Below, piece by piece: positions 1 through 8,021 of a stretch of DNA of 59,676 nt (its first letter is position 1; each line of letters starts with the position of its first letter). The stretch is from an uncultured bacterium (GTDB lineage Bacteria; Bacteroidota; Bacteroidia; Chitinophagales; Chitinophagaceae). Location: positions 1 to 59,676 of the forward strand of contig CAWULX010000001.1 of assembly GCA_963923775.1 (NCBI GenBank), in the 5' to 3' direction. Under the pieces are notes generated by a model that worked only from the letters and a program-made list of their open reading frames with translations, was not told where the DNA came from and did no database searches. The position numbers and the translations under genes are program-made.

Positions 1-2
1 TG

Positions 3-554
3 AGAGCATATGGTGAGACTTATCATTTGCCAACAGTGGTATCTAATTGTTCTAACAATTATGGGCCTAATCATTTTCCAGAAAAATTGATTCCATTATT
101 TATACATAATATCATCAATAAAAAAGCATTGCCAGTGTATGGTGATGGTTTGTATACAAGAGATTGGCTGTATGTAATAGATCATGCAAGAGCGATTGAT
201 TTAGTCTTTCATCAAGGGAAGCGTGCAGACACATACAATATTGGAGGATTCAACGAATGGACGAATATTGATTTAGTGAAATTATTATGTACTCAAATGG
301 ATGAGAAATTGGGCAGAGCAAAAGGTGAGAGTGAGCAATTGATTACTTATGTGAAAGATAGGCCAGGTCACGACAGACGCTATGCGATTGACGCGACTAA
401 ATTGAATAAAGAATTAGGTTGGACGCCTTCTGTTACTTTTGAACAAGGGTTGGCTGCAACGATTGATTGGTATTTAAGTAATGGCCCTTGGTTAGAAAAT
501 GTAACCAGTGGTTCTTATCAAAAATACTATAACGAAATGTACAGTAACAGATAA
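3..554 (+). CDS. rfbB: dTDP-glucose 4,6-dehydratase, 5'-truncated by window edge
   Basis: Frame is open from nt 3 (RAYGETYHL...), so the TTG at 27 is not the real start. Motifs SNNYGP, FPEKLIP, RDWLYV, DRPGHDRRYAID; followed by rfbC and rfbA. Confidence 0.95.
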   Translation, partial: RAYGETYHLPTVVSNCSNNYGPNHFPEKLIPLFIHNIINKKALPVYGDGLYTRDWLYVIDHARAIDLVFHQGKRADTYNIGGFNEWTNIDLVKLLCTQMDEKLGRAKGESEQLITYVKDRPGHDRRYAIDATKLNKELGWTPSVTFEQGLAATIDWYLSNGPWLENVTSGSYQKYYNEMYSNR

Positions 555-1105
555 TGACTATAGAGCAAACCCCCTTAAAAGATTGTTTTATCATTCATGA
601 AAAAGTGCATGGTGATGCAAGAGGTTATTTTATTGAAACCTATAACCAAAGAGACTTTAAAGCAGCTACTGGATTAGAGATTGATTTTGTACAAGACAAT
701 CAATCTAGATCTACAAAAGGTGTGTTGAGAGGATTGCATATGCAGCGTGGATCATCTGCGCAAGCTAAATTGGTAAGAGTCTTAGAAGGCGCTGTGTTGG
801 ATATTGCAGTGGATTTAAGAAAAGGCTCTCCCAGTTTTGGTCAGCATTATGCGATTGAGCTAACTGCTGATAATCATAAACAGTTTTTTGTACCTGCAGG
901 ATTTGCTCATGGCTTTGTGGTGTTAAGTGAAACAGCTACTTTCTTTTATAAAGTAGATAAGTTTTATGAGCCAGGCAACGAAGTGGGCATAATGTATAAC
1001 GATCAAGATTTAAACATTGATTGGAGATTGGCAGAGAGTGAGATTATCTTATCAGAAAAAGACAAAACATTAGGAAGCTTCGCTGAATATGCAGCTTCTT
1101 TATAA
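554..1105 (+). CDS. rfbC: dTDP-4-dehydrorhamnose 3,5-epimerase
   Basis: DARGYF, FVQDNQS, GVLRGLH, QAKLVRV, GFAHGF motifs; TAATG coupling to rfbB. Confidence 0.96.
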   Translation: MTIEQTPLKDCFIIHEKVHGDARGYFIETYNQRDFKAATGLEIDFVQDNQSRSTKGVLRGLHMQRGSSAQAKLVRVLEGAVLDIAVDLRKGSPSFGQHYAIELTADNHKQFFVPAGFAHGFVVLSETATFFYKVDKFYEPGNEVGIMYNDQDLNIDWRLAESEIILSEKDKTLGSFAEYAASL

Positions 1106-1132
1106 TTCATTTAGCACAATAAAAACTTTCAT

Positions 1133-1993
1133 ATGAAGGGTATCATATTAGCAGGCGGTTCAGGTACAAGATTGTATCCTATTACCAAGGGAATCAGTAA
1201 GCAATTAATGCCTATCTATGATAAACCGATGATTTATTATCCTTTGTCTGTATTAATGTTGGCAGGTATTAAAGAAGTATTAATTATTACTACACCTGAA
1301 GACAATGATCAATTTAAAAGATTATTGGGAGATGGTTCTGAAATAGGTTGTTCTTTTAGTTATGCAGTGCAAGCGGTGCCAAATGGTTTAGCACAAGCCT
1401 TTGTGATTGGTGCAGATTTTATTGGAAAAGATAAAGTGGCTTTAGTATTAGGGGATAATATTTTTTATGGAGCTGGTTTTAGTAAACTAGTGCAGTCTTT
1501 TAATGATGTGAACGGTGCTGCAGTATTTGCTTATGAAGTAAACGATCCAGAGCGTTATGGTGTGGTGGAGTTTGACGCGAATAACAACGCCTTATCATTA
1601 GAAGAAAAACCAAAAGCCCCTAAATCAAATTACGCCGTACCAGGTTTGTATTTTTATGATAACCAAGTGGTAGAAATTGCTAAGAATATTCCTGCATCAC
1701 CTAGAGGAGAATACGAAATAACAGATGTCAATAAAATTTACTTAGAGCGTAAGCAATTACAAGTAGGTATCATGAATCGTGGTACTGCTTGGTTAGATAC
1801 AGGTACTTTTGAATCATTGGCAGATGCTTGTGAATTTGTGCGCGTGATAGAAAAGCGACAAAGTCAAAAAATAGGTTGCATTGAAGAAGTAGCCTACAGA
1901 ATGGGCTTTATAGATAAGGCACAATTACTGGTTTTGGCAGATAAATACGCTAAAAGTGGCTATGGAGAGTACTTAAGAGGTCTAAAAAAGTAA
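1133..1993 (+). CDS. rfbA: Glucose-1-phosphate thymidylyltransferase
   Basis: [37 protein letters not shown] motifs. Confidence 0.97.
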   Translation: MKGIILAGGSGTRLYPITKGISKQLMPIYDKPMIYYPLSVLMLAGIKEVLIITTPEDNDQFKRLLGDGSEIGCSFSYAVQAVPNGLAQAFVIGADFIGKDKVALVLGDNIFYGAGFSKLVQSFNDVNGAAVFAYEVNDPERYGVVEFDANNNALSLEEKPKAPKSNYAVPGLYFYDNQVVEIAKNIPASPRGEYEITDVNKIYLERKQLQVGIMNRGTAWLDTGTFESLADACEFVRVIEKRQSQKIGCIEEVAYRMGFIDKAQLLVLADKYAKSGYGEYLRGLKK

Positions 1994-2034
1994 ATAAGTA
2001 CTGAACCTTTCTCCTTTTTTGTTGTTTTTAGAGT

Positions 2035-2913
2035 ATGTCATCATATACCATTAAGGATTTAGAGAAGATTTCTGGGATCAAAGCGCATACTATACGCATT
2101 TGGGAACAGCGCTATCAATTTCTTCAGCCTCAGCGTACTGAGACGAATATTCGTACCTATTCAAGTGACGAATTAAAGACTATTTTAAATGTATCCTTAC
2201 TCAATAAATACGGGTTTAAAATTTCTCATATTGACAAGATGTCTGCAGAGCAGATGGAGGAGAAAATTTTAAGTTTGAACCAAATTGATGCCCAAAAAGA
2301 AAGAGTGGTGAATGCTTTGATCAAAGAAATGGTGTCTTTGAACATGGCTAATTTTGAAAGACAGATGGATACCTATATTGGGCAAAAGGGCATCGAAAAA
2401 ACCATCATTGAAATTATCTTCCCTTTCATGGAAAGAGTGGGTATTCTTTGGGTAACCAATCATATCAATCCTGCACAAGAACATTTAGCTACCAATGTGA
2501 TTCGTCAAAAAATTATATTAGGTATTGAAAAACTGTCTCCAGTATTACATTACACTAAGCGTATTGTATTATTTATGCCTGAGGGAGAATACCATGAAAT
2601 TGGTTTGTTGTATGTTCATTTCTTATTAAAACAAAGAGGGTTCTACATTGATTATTTGGGCGCTAATGTTCCGATGGTTGATTTAAAATACCTTTCTGAG
2701 TTTCATAAAGTAGATTACTTATATTGCCACCTTACTTCACCAGCTAAGAATTTCAAAATTCATAAGTTTTTTGATCAATTAGCAGAAGTGAGTAAAATTA
2801 TCCCAATTATTATCTCAGGACAATTGGCACAAGCCTATAAAGGACAGATTGCAGGTAATATTCAGCTTAAACGAACACTTGCTGAAACGATTAGCTTTCT
2901 AGAAAGTATCTGA
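2035..2913 (+). CDS. MerR-family regulator with cobalamin-binding domain (CarH/LitR-like)
   Basis: N-terminal MerR HTH (YTIKDLEKISGIKAHTIRIWEQRY); W-x9-EH (WVTNHINPAQEH) and ExHxxG (EYHEIG) motifs; upstream of carotenoid genes. Confidence 0.88.
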   Translation: MSSYTIKDLEKISGIKAHTIRIWEQRYQFLQPQRTETNIRTYSSDELKTILNVSLLNKYGFKISHIDKMSAEQMEEKILSLNQIDAQKERVVNALIKEMVSLNMANFERQMDTYIGQKGIEKTIIEIIFPFMERVGILWVTNHINPAQEHLATNVIRQKIILGIEKLSPVLHYTKRIVLFMPEGEYHEIGLLYVHFLLKQRGFYIDYLGANVPMVDLKYLSEFHKVDYLYCHLTSPAKNFKIHKFFDQLAEVSKIIPIIISGQLAQAYKGQIAGNIQLKRTLAETISFLESI

Positions 2914-2942
2914 TTATCAATTACTTAGATTTAGATCAAATA

Positions 2943-3030
2943 TTTGTTTAATAAATTTTAAAAAATATTAAACAAAAATGATTGCGCTAATACTTTTCTG
3001 TTTAACTTTATAATTCAAAGATTAAACAGA
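2943..3030. promoter_or_regulatory. Two palindromic operator-like sites TGTTTAA-N16-TTAAACA upstream of the ECF sigma/crt operon
   Basis: Half-sites at 2945-2951/2968-2974 and 2999-3005/3022-3028 with identical 16-nt spacers; the second overlaps a -7-like TAACTTTA (3003-3010). Confidence 0.6.
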
Positions 3031-3035
3031 ATAAC

Positions 3036-3536
3036 ATGTCAACTGCAGAATTTACCTTATTTCTAAGTGAAAACTCAGACTTTCTTCGCCCTTTCGCAAT
3101 TAATTTGACGAAGGATCATGAATCTGCTAAAGATTTATACCAAGAAACTTTATTTAGAGCCTTATCTAATAAAGACAAATACAATGTAGGAACCAATATT
3201 AAAGCATGGTTGTATACCATCATGCGTAATATCTTCATCAACGATTATCGTAAGAAGTCAAAACAATCTACTGTTTTTGACAATAGCCCTAATGATTTTT
3301 TAATTGATCAAACTAATAATAAAGTAGTTAATGATGCAATAACTAACTTAAATTTGAGGGAAGTGAATCAATTGATTTATGACTTACCTGAATTATTCAG
3401 AACCCCTTTTCAATTATATTTTGAAGGGTATAAGTATAATGAAATTGCAGATGCTTTGAATGAACCTTTGGGAACTATTAAGAGTAGAATTCACTTTGCC
3501 AGAAAAATTTTAAAACAAAAGATTCAACGTTACTAA
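3036..3536 (+). CDS. ECF-type RNA polymerase sigma-70 factor
   Basis: 166 aa; region 2 (AKDLYQETLFRAL, KAWLYTIMRNIFIN) and region 4 (EGYKYNEIA..LGTIKSRIHFAR). Confidence 0.93.
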   Translation: MSTAEFTLFLSENSDFLRPFAINLTKDHESAKDLYQETLFRALSNKDKYNVGTNIKAWLYTIMRNIFINDYRKKSKQSTVFDNSPNDFLIDQTNNKVVNDAITNLNLREVNQLIYDLPELFRTPFQLYFEGYKYNEIADALNEPLGTIKSRIHFARKILKQKIQRY

Positions 3537-3541
3537 AATAA

Positions 3542-5044
3542 ATGCCCTCTCATTCAAAAAAAGTATTAATAATAGGAGCTGGTTTTGCAGGTTTATCTGC
3601 AGCAAGTTTTTTAGCTCAGAAAGGTTGGCAGGTAACAGTCGTAGAAAAAAATTCTTTACCAGGAGGTCGTGCAAGAAAATTTGAATCCAACGGTTTTGTT
3701 TTTGATATGGGGCCAAGTTGGTATTGGATGCCTGATACTTTTGAAAGATACTTTGCTCAATTCGGAAAAAAGGTTTCAGATTTTTATCAATTACAAAGAT
3801 TAGATCCATCGTACAGAGTTTATTTTGAAAAAGCACAGTGGGATATTCCTGCTAATTATGAAGCTTTACAGCAATTGCTCGAATCTATAGAACCCGGTGC
3901 AGCAAAGGCATTGGATGGTTTTATGGAAGAAGCGAAATTTAAATATGAAGTTGGTGTTGGTAAATTAGTGCATCAGCCTGGTCAATCCATTACTGAATTA
4001 ATCGATATTGATTTATTTAAAGGTGTTTTTAAGCTAGATGTATTTCAGTCAATGAAAAAACACATAGCAAAATATTTTAAGCATCCCTATATTCAATTTT
4101 TAATGGAATTTCCTGTATTGTTTTTAGGAGCGCTTCCGGAAAATACACCAGCATTATATAGTTTAATGAACTACGCAGATATTAAAGGAGGAACATGGTA
4201 TCCCGAATATGGCATGTATAGTATTGTGAAGGGTATGCATGAATTAGCCTGCTCATTGGGTGTTGAATTTAAATTAGGAGAGGAAGTTACTAAGATAGAA
4301 GTGGATAATGGTATTGCAACAAAAGCAATTACACAAGTGCTGGAAACTAAAGAGCAAAGAGTATATGATTTTGATATTGTATTAGGAGCAGGTGATTATC
4401 AACATATAGAAACTGTTTTATTAGAACCTGCTTACCAATCATATTCTGAAAAATATTGGAATACTAGAGTGATGGCGCCAAGTTCACTTTTATATTATGT
4501 AGGATTAAATAAAAAATTGCCAGGGGTTACGCATCATTCTTTATTTTTTGATACCGATTTTGGACTTCATGGAAAAGAAATATATACAGATCCAAAATGG
4601 CCTAGCAATCCGCTGTTTTATGCATCTGTTCCATCTGTAACAGATCCAACTGTGGCACCTGAGGGTTGTGAGAATTTATTTTTATTAATTCCAGTGGCTG
4701 CAGGATTAGAGGGGGATACAGAAGATATTAGAGAAAAGTATTTTAATGATTTGATAACGCGTCTAGAAATTAAATGGGGTGTATCTATCATGGAATCAAT
4801 AGTTTACAAAAGGTCTTTCTCAGTAACAGATTTTAAGACAGACTATCATTCCTTTAAGGGGAATGCCTATGGGTTGGCCAATACCCTCATGCAAACAGCA
4901 AATTTGAAGCCATCTTGTAAAAGTAAAAAAGTAAATAACTTATATTACACCGGTCAATTAACAGTGCCTGGTCCGGGAGTGCCACCAAGTTTGATTAGTG
5001 GTGAGGTGGTTGCCAATTTAATTGATAAAAATTATTCAAAATAA
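3542..5044 (+). CDS. crtI: Phytoene desaturase
   Basis: GAGFAG FAD motif, FDMGPSWYWMP, C-terminal GQLTVPGPGVPPSLISG. Confidence 0.93.
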   Translation: MPSHSKKVLIIGAGFAGLSAASFLAQKGWQVTVVEKNSLPGGRARKFESNGFVFDMGPSWYWMPDTFERYFAQFGKKVSDFYQLQRLDPSYRVYFEKAQWDIPANYEALQQLLESIEPGAAKALDGFMEEAKFKYEVGVGKLVHQPGQSITELIDIDLFKGVFKLDVFQSMKKHIAKYFKHPYIQFLMEFPVLFLGALPENTPALYSLMNYADIKGGTWYPEYGMYSIVKGMHELACSLGVEFKLGEEVTKIEVDNGIATKAITQVLETKEQRVYDFDIVLGAGDYQHIETVLLEPAYQSYSEKYWNTRVMAPSSLLYYVGLNKKLPGVTHHSLFFDTDFGLHGKEIYTDPKWPSNPLFYASVPSVTDPTVAPEGCENLFLLIPVAAGLEGDTEDIREKYFNDLITRLEIKWGVSIMESIVYKRSFSVTDFKTDYHSFKGNAYGLANTLMQTANLKPSCKSKKVNNLYYTGQLTVPGPGVPPSLISGEVVANLIDKNYSK

Positions 5045-5887
5045 ATGTCATCATTTCAACTATATAACGAAGTAACAGCATTAGGTAGTAAACAAACTAC
5101 TTTGATGTATAGCTCAAGTTTTTCTTCAGCTATAAAATTGTTGCATAAAGATCTGAGACAACCTATTTATGATATTTATGGTTTTGTGAGGTTTGCAGAT
5201 GAGATAGTGGATACCTTTCATGATTTTGATAAAAAGACTTTGTTTGATCAATTTAAGAAAGACACTTATTTGGCATTAGAGCAAGGTATTAGTTTAAACC
5301 CAATTTTGCATCGTTTTCAATTAACCTATCGTCAATTCAATATTGATCCAGCTTTACTTGAAGCTTTTTTATATAGCATGGAGATGGATTTAAGTCAACA
5401 TGCACATGACGAGGGCTCCTATCAAAAGTATATTTATGGAAGCGCTGAAGTGGTAGGTTTAATGTGTTTGTATATTTTTTGTAAGGGGGATATAGAAAAA
5501 TATGAACAATTAAAACCAGCTGCGCAAAGCCTTGGGGCTGCTTTTCAGAAAGTTAATTTCTTAAGAGATATCAAAGCAGATTTTGAAGGATTGGATAGGG
5601 TTTATTTCCCGAATTGTGATTTTAATCATTTCACAGAGAAGGATAAACATTCCATTGAATCAGATATTCAAAAAGATTTTGATAATGCATTGCAGGGTAT
5701 TAAAGCATTACCTTTGCATTGTAGATTTGGTGTGTACGTGGCTTATAAATATTATTATTCTTTATTCAAAAAAATCAAAAAGACGGAACATCATGCCATT
5801 TTGAAAACAAGAATAAGAATTCCAGATTATGGGAAGTTGTTTATTCTTGCTAAAGCGAAGTTGAGAAGTGAGTTGAATTTTTTATAA
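5045..5887 (+). CDS. crtB: Phytoene synthase
   Basis: IYGFVRFADEIVD, YIYGSAEVVGLMC, FQKVNFLRDIKAD, RVYFP motifs. Confidence 0.95.
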   Translation: MSSFQLYNEVTALGSKQTTLMYSSSFSSAIKLLHKDLRQPIYDIYGFVRFADEIVDTFHDFDKKTLFDQFKKDTYLALEQGISLNPILHRFQLTYRQFNIDPALLEAFLYSMEMDLSQHAHDEGSYQKYIYGSAEVVGLMCLYIFCKGDIEKYEQLKPAAQSLGAAFQKVNFLRDIKADFEGLDRVYFPNCDFNHFTEKDKHSIESDIQKDFDNALQGIKALPLHCRFGVYVAYKYYYSLFKKIKKTEHHAILKTRIRIPDYGKLFILAKAKLRSELNFL

Positions 5888-5903
5888 AAGTAAATTTATC
5901 AAT

Positions 5904-6377
5904 ATGTTATTTGTAGCAGTAATGTTGGCGACATTTTTTATTATGGAGGGTGTAACTTGGTTAACACATAAATATGTAATGCATGGATTTTTGTGGGTAT
6001 TACATGAAGATCATCATCAACCCACTGGACATGTTCTTGAAAAAAATGATGCTTTTTTCTTAATATTTGCTATTCCTAGTATGGCTTGTATTTTTTACGG
6101 AACTATAATGGGTGGTCCATTATGGGTTGCTGCCATTGGTGCCGGTATTGCAATGTATGGTTTTGCTTATTTCTTGTTTCATGAAGTAATCATTCATCAG
6201 AGAATCAAATGGTTTACAAGATCAAATAATAGGTATATCAAGGCCATTAGATGGGCTCATAAAATGCACCATAAGCATTTATACAAAGAAGATGGGGAAA
6301 GTTTTGGAATGCTTTTCGTAGCCAAAAAATATTGGGACAAGGTTCGCAGAGATGAGATGATGCAAAGCAATGGATAA
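5904..6377 (+). CDS. crtZ: Beta-carotene hydroxylase
   Basis: His boxes HKYVMHG, HEDHH, HEVIIHQR, HKMHH; EKND motif. Confidence 0.93.
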   Translation: MLFVAVMLATFFIMEGVTWLTHKYVMHGFLWVLHEDHHQPTGHVLEKNDAFFLIFAIPSMACIFYGTIMGGPLWVAAIGAGIAMYGFAYFLFHEVIIHQRIKWFTRSNNRYIKAIRWAHKMHHKHLYKEDGESFGMLFVAKKYWDKVRRDEMMQSNG

Positions 6378-7551
6378 ATACGACTATATTATTGCTGGTG
6401 CTGGTTGTGCTGGCCTATCTTTACTTAATTATCTTATTCAAGATGAATCATTGAGCCAAAAGAAGATTTTGGTGATTGATAAAAATTTACAAAAGACGAA
6501 TGATAGGACCTGGTGTTTTTGGGAAGAAGGAACATCGGAATTTGAACACTTAATAACAAAATCTTGGTCAAAAATTTCTATTCACAAGGAAGAGCAAGAG
6601 TATTTATTACCTACGTTTCCATATACTTACAAGATGATTGAAGGGCTCTCTTTTTATGAAAGTATCATTAAGAAAGCCAAGCAACATAATAATATAGATT
6701 GGAAAGAAGTAACTATTGTTTCAATTAAAGACCGCACTGTTCAATGGGAAGGAGGTTCTGCTAAAGCAAACTATATTTTTACAAGTATACTTTCTTACAA
6801 TCCTGTATTTAAGGATAATGCTAGTATTCAATCATTAAATAGTTTGTCTAAAAATTATACTAAAAAGCCATTTCTATGGCAACATTTTAAAGGAGAGACA
6901 ATTCAATTTGAAAAAGAGGTTTTTGAAACGGAGACAGCAAGGTTGATGGATTTTAATGTGGATCAACAGAAGGCTACTGCATTTATGTATGTATTACCTA
7001 TCACTAAGAAAAAAGCTTTAGTGGAATACACAGTTTTTTCAAAAGAATTAATGGATAAAGAATCCTACGATTCATGCATCAAAAATTATTTATCTCTTCA
7101 CTATCCTAATTTATCCTATAGTGTATTGCATGAAGAATTTGGGGCAATTCCAATGACTCAAAATAACTTTACCTCATCCATAGATCTTTCTATTATTCCC
7201 ATTGGAACAATGGGTGGGGCTGTGAAAGCTAGTACTGGGTATGCTTTTAAATTTATCCAAGAGCAGACTAAACAAGTTGTAGTTGATTTGGCCAATGGCA
7301 AAAAACCTAATGCAGTTTTGAAAAAAACAAGACATCAATTTTATGATGCCGTACTTTTAGATATTTTATATCGTGATAGAATGAGTGGTGCTGAAATTTT
7401 CACACGTATTTTTTCAAAAAATAAAGCTTCAACCGTTTTCAGGTTTTTATCCAATACCTCAAGTATCTTTGAAGATATAAACATCATGCGTACTTTACCA
7501 ACAAGGCTTTTCTTATTTACTGCTATCCGCATTTCATTGCGGTGGAAGTAA
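6370..7551 (+). CDS. crtY: Lycopene beta-cyclase family protein
   Basis: GAGCAG, NDRTWCFW, LMDF, FMYVLP, ALVEYT, E.GAIPM, KASTGYAF motifs; last gene of the crt cluster. Confidence 0.88.
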   Translation: MDKYDYIIAGAGCAGLSLLNYLIQDESLSQKKILVIDKNLQKTNDRTWCFWEEGTSEFEHLITKSWSKISIHKEEQEYLLPTFPYTYKMIEGLSFYESIIKKAKQHNNIDWKEVTIVSIKDRTVQWEGGSAKANYIFTSILSYNPVFKDNASIQSLNSLSKNYTKKPFLWQHFKGETIQFEKEVFETETARLMDFNVDQQKATAFMYVLPITKKKALVEYTVFSKELMDKESYDSCIKNYLSLHYPNLSYSVLHEEFGAIPMTQNNFTSSIDLSIIPIGTMGGAVKASTGYAFKFIQEQTKQVVVDLANGKKPNAVLKKTRHQFYDAVLLDILYRDRMSGAEIFTRIFSKNKASTVFRFLSNTSSIFEDINIMRTLPTRLFLFTAIRISLRWK

Positions 7552-7564
7552 TTATTTTAACATT

Positions 7565-7636
7565 GGCCTTGTCGTACAATGGTTAGTACAAGAGTTTCCG
7601 AAGCTCTAAATCCAGGTTCGATCCCCGGCGAGGCCA
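7565..7636 (+). tRNA. tRNA-Arg (anticodon CCG), CCA not encoded
   Basis: Cloverleaf: acceptor GGCCTTG/CGAGGCC-A, D stem GTAC/GTAC, anticodon arm AGAGT-TTCCGAA-GCTCT, T arm CCAGG-TTCGATC-CCCGG (one mismatch). Confidence 0.9.
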
Positions 7637-7637
7637 C

Positions 7638-7818
7638 AAGCTTTTTTCAACGAAGTTGAAATGAACAAAACATGAGTAAGCAAAACAAGCTCGCTTGATT
7701 TTGCGCAAGAATGATTTGTTCAATTATCAACCGAAGGTTGAGAATGAAAAAGTTTGAGTTAGTCCGATATTTTGGGTAGACAACTCGAGCGAAGCGAGAG
7801 TTGGCAGCCCCGGACTAA
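7638..7818. repeat. Non-coding cluster of nested inverted repeats with C-GAA-G capped hairpins (REP-like or structured element)
   Basis: TTCAAC-GAA-GTTGAA (7646-7660); TGAACAAA/TTTGTTCA (7662-7722); TCAACC-GAA-GGTTGA (7727-7741); TTAGTCCG/CGGACTAA (7759-7818) enclosing CAACTC/GAGTTG and GCGAAGC. Confidence 0.6.
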
Positions 7819-8021
7819 GTTTGAGAAGGTTATAATGGTCCTTTGTTCCACAATTTCACTGGTATCTGTGTACCAATATTAGCTAACAAAGAATTTCTGA
7901 ACTTAACGTAAAAGCGTTTGTAGATTACTGTTATCATATCCTTTAATACCTCAATAAAGAATTGGTAACCCCATTAATGTGTAAAATTTACACTATAAGT
8001 ATTTAAAATATTGATAATCAA

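Noticed and set aside
1-1993. Missing rfbD as an anomaly
   Set aside because: The cluster is cut by the window edge and rfbD is often encoded separately, so its absence is not informative.
3542-7551. Retinal/proteorhodopsin or ketocarotenoid module
   Set aside because: No blh, rhodopsin or crtW ORF in the window; they may exist elsewhere in the genome.
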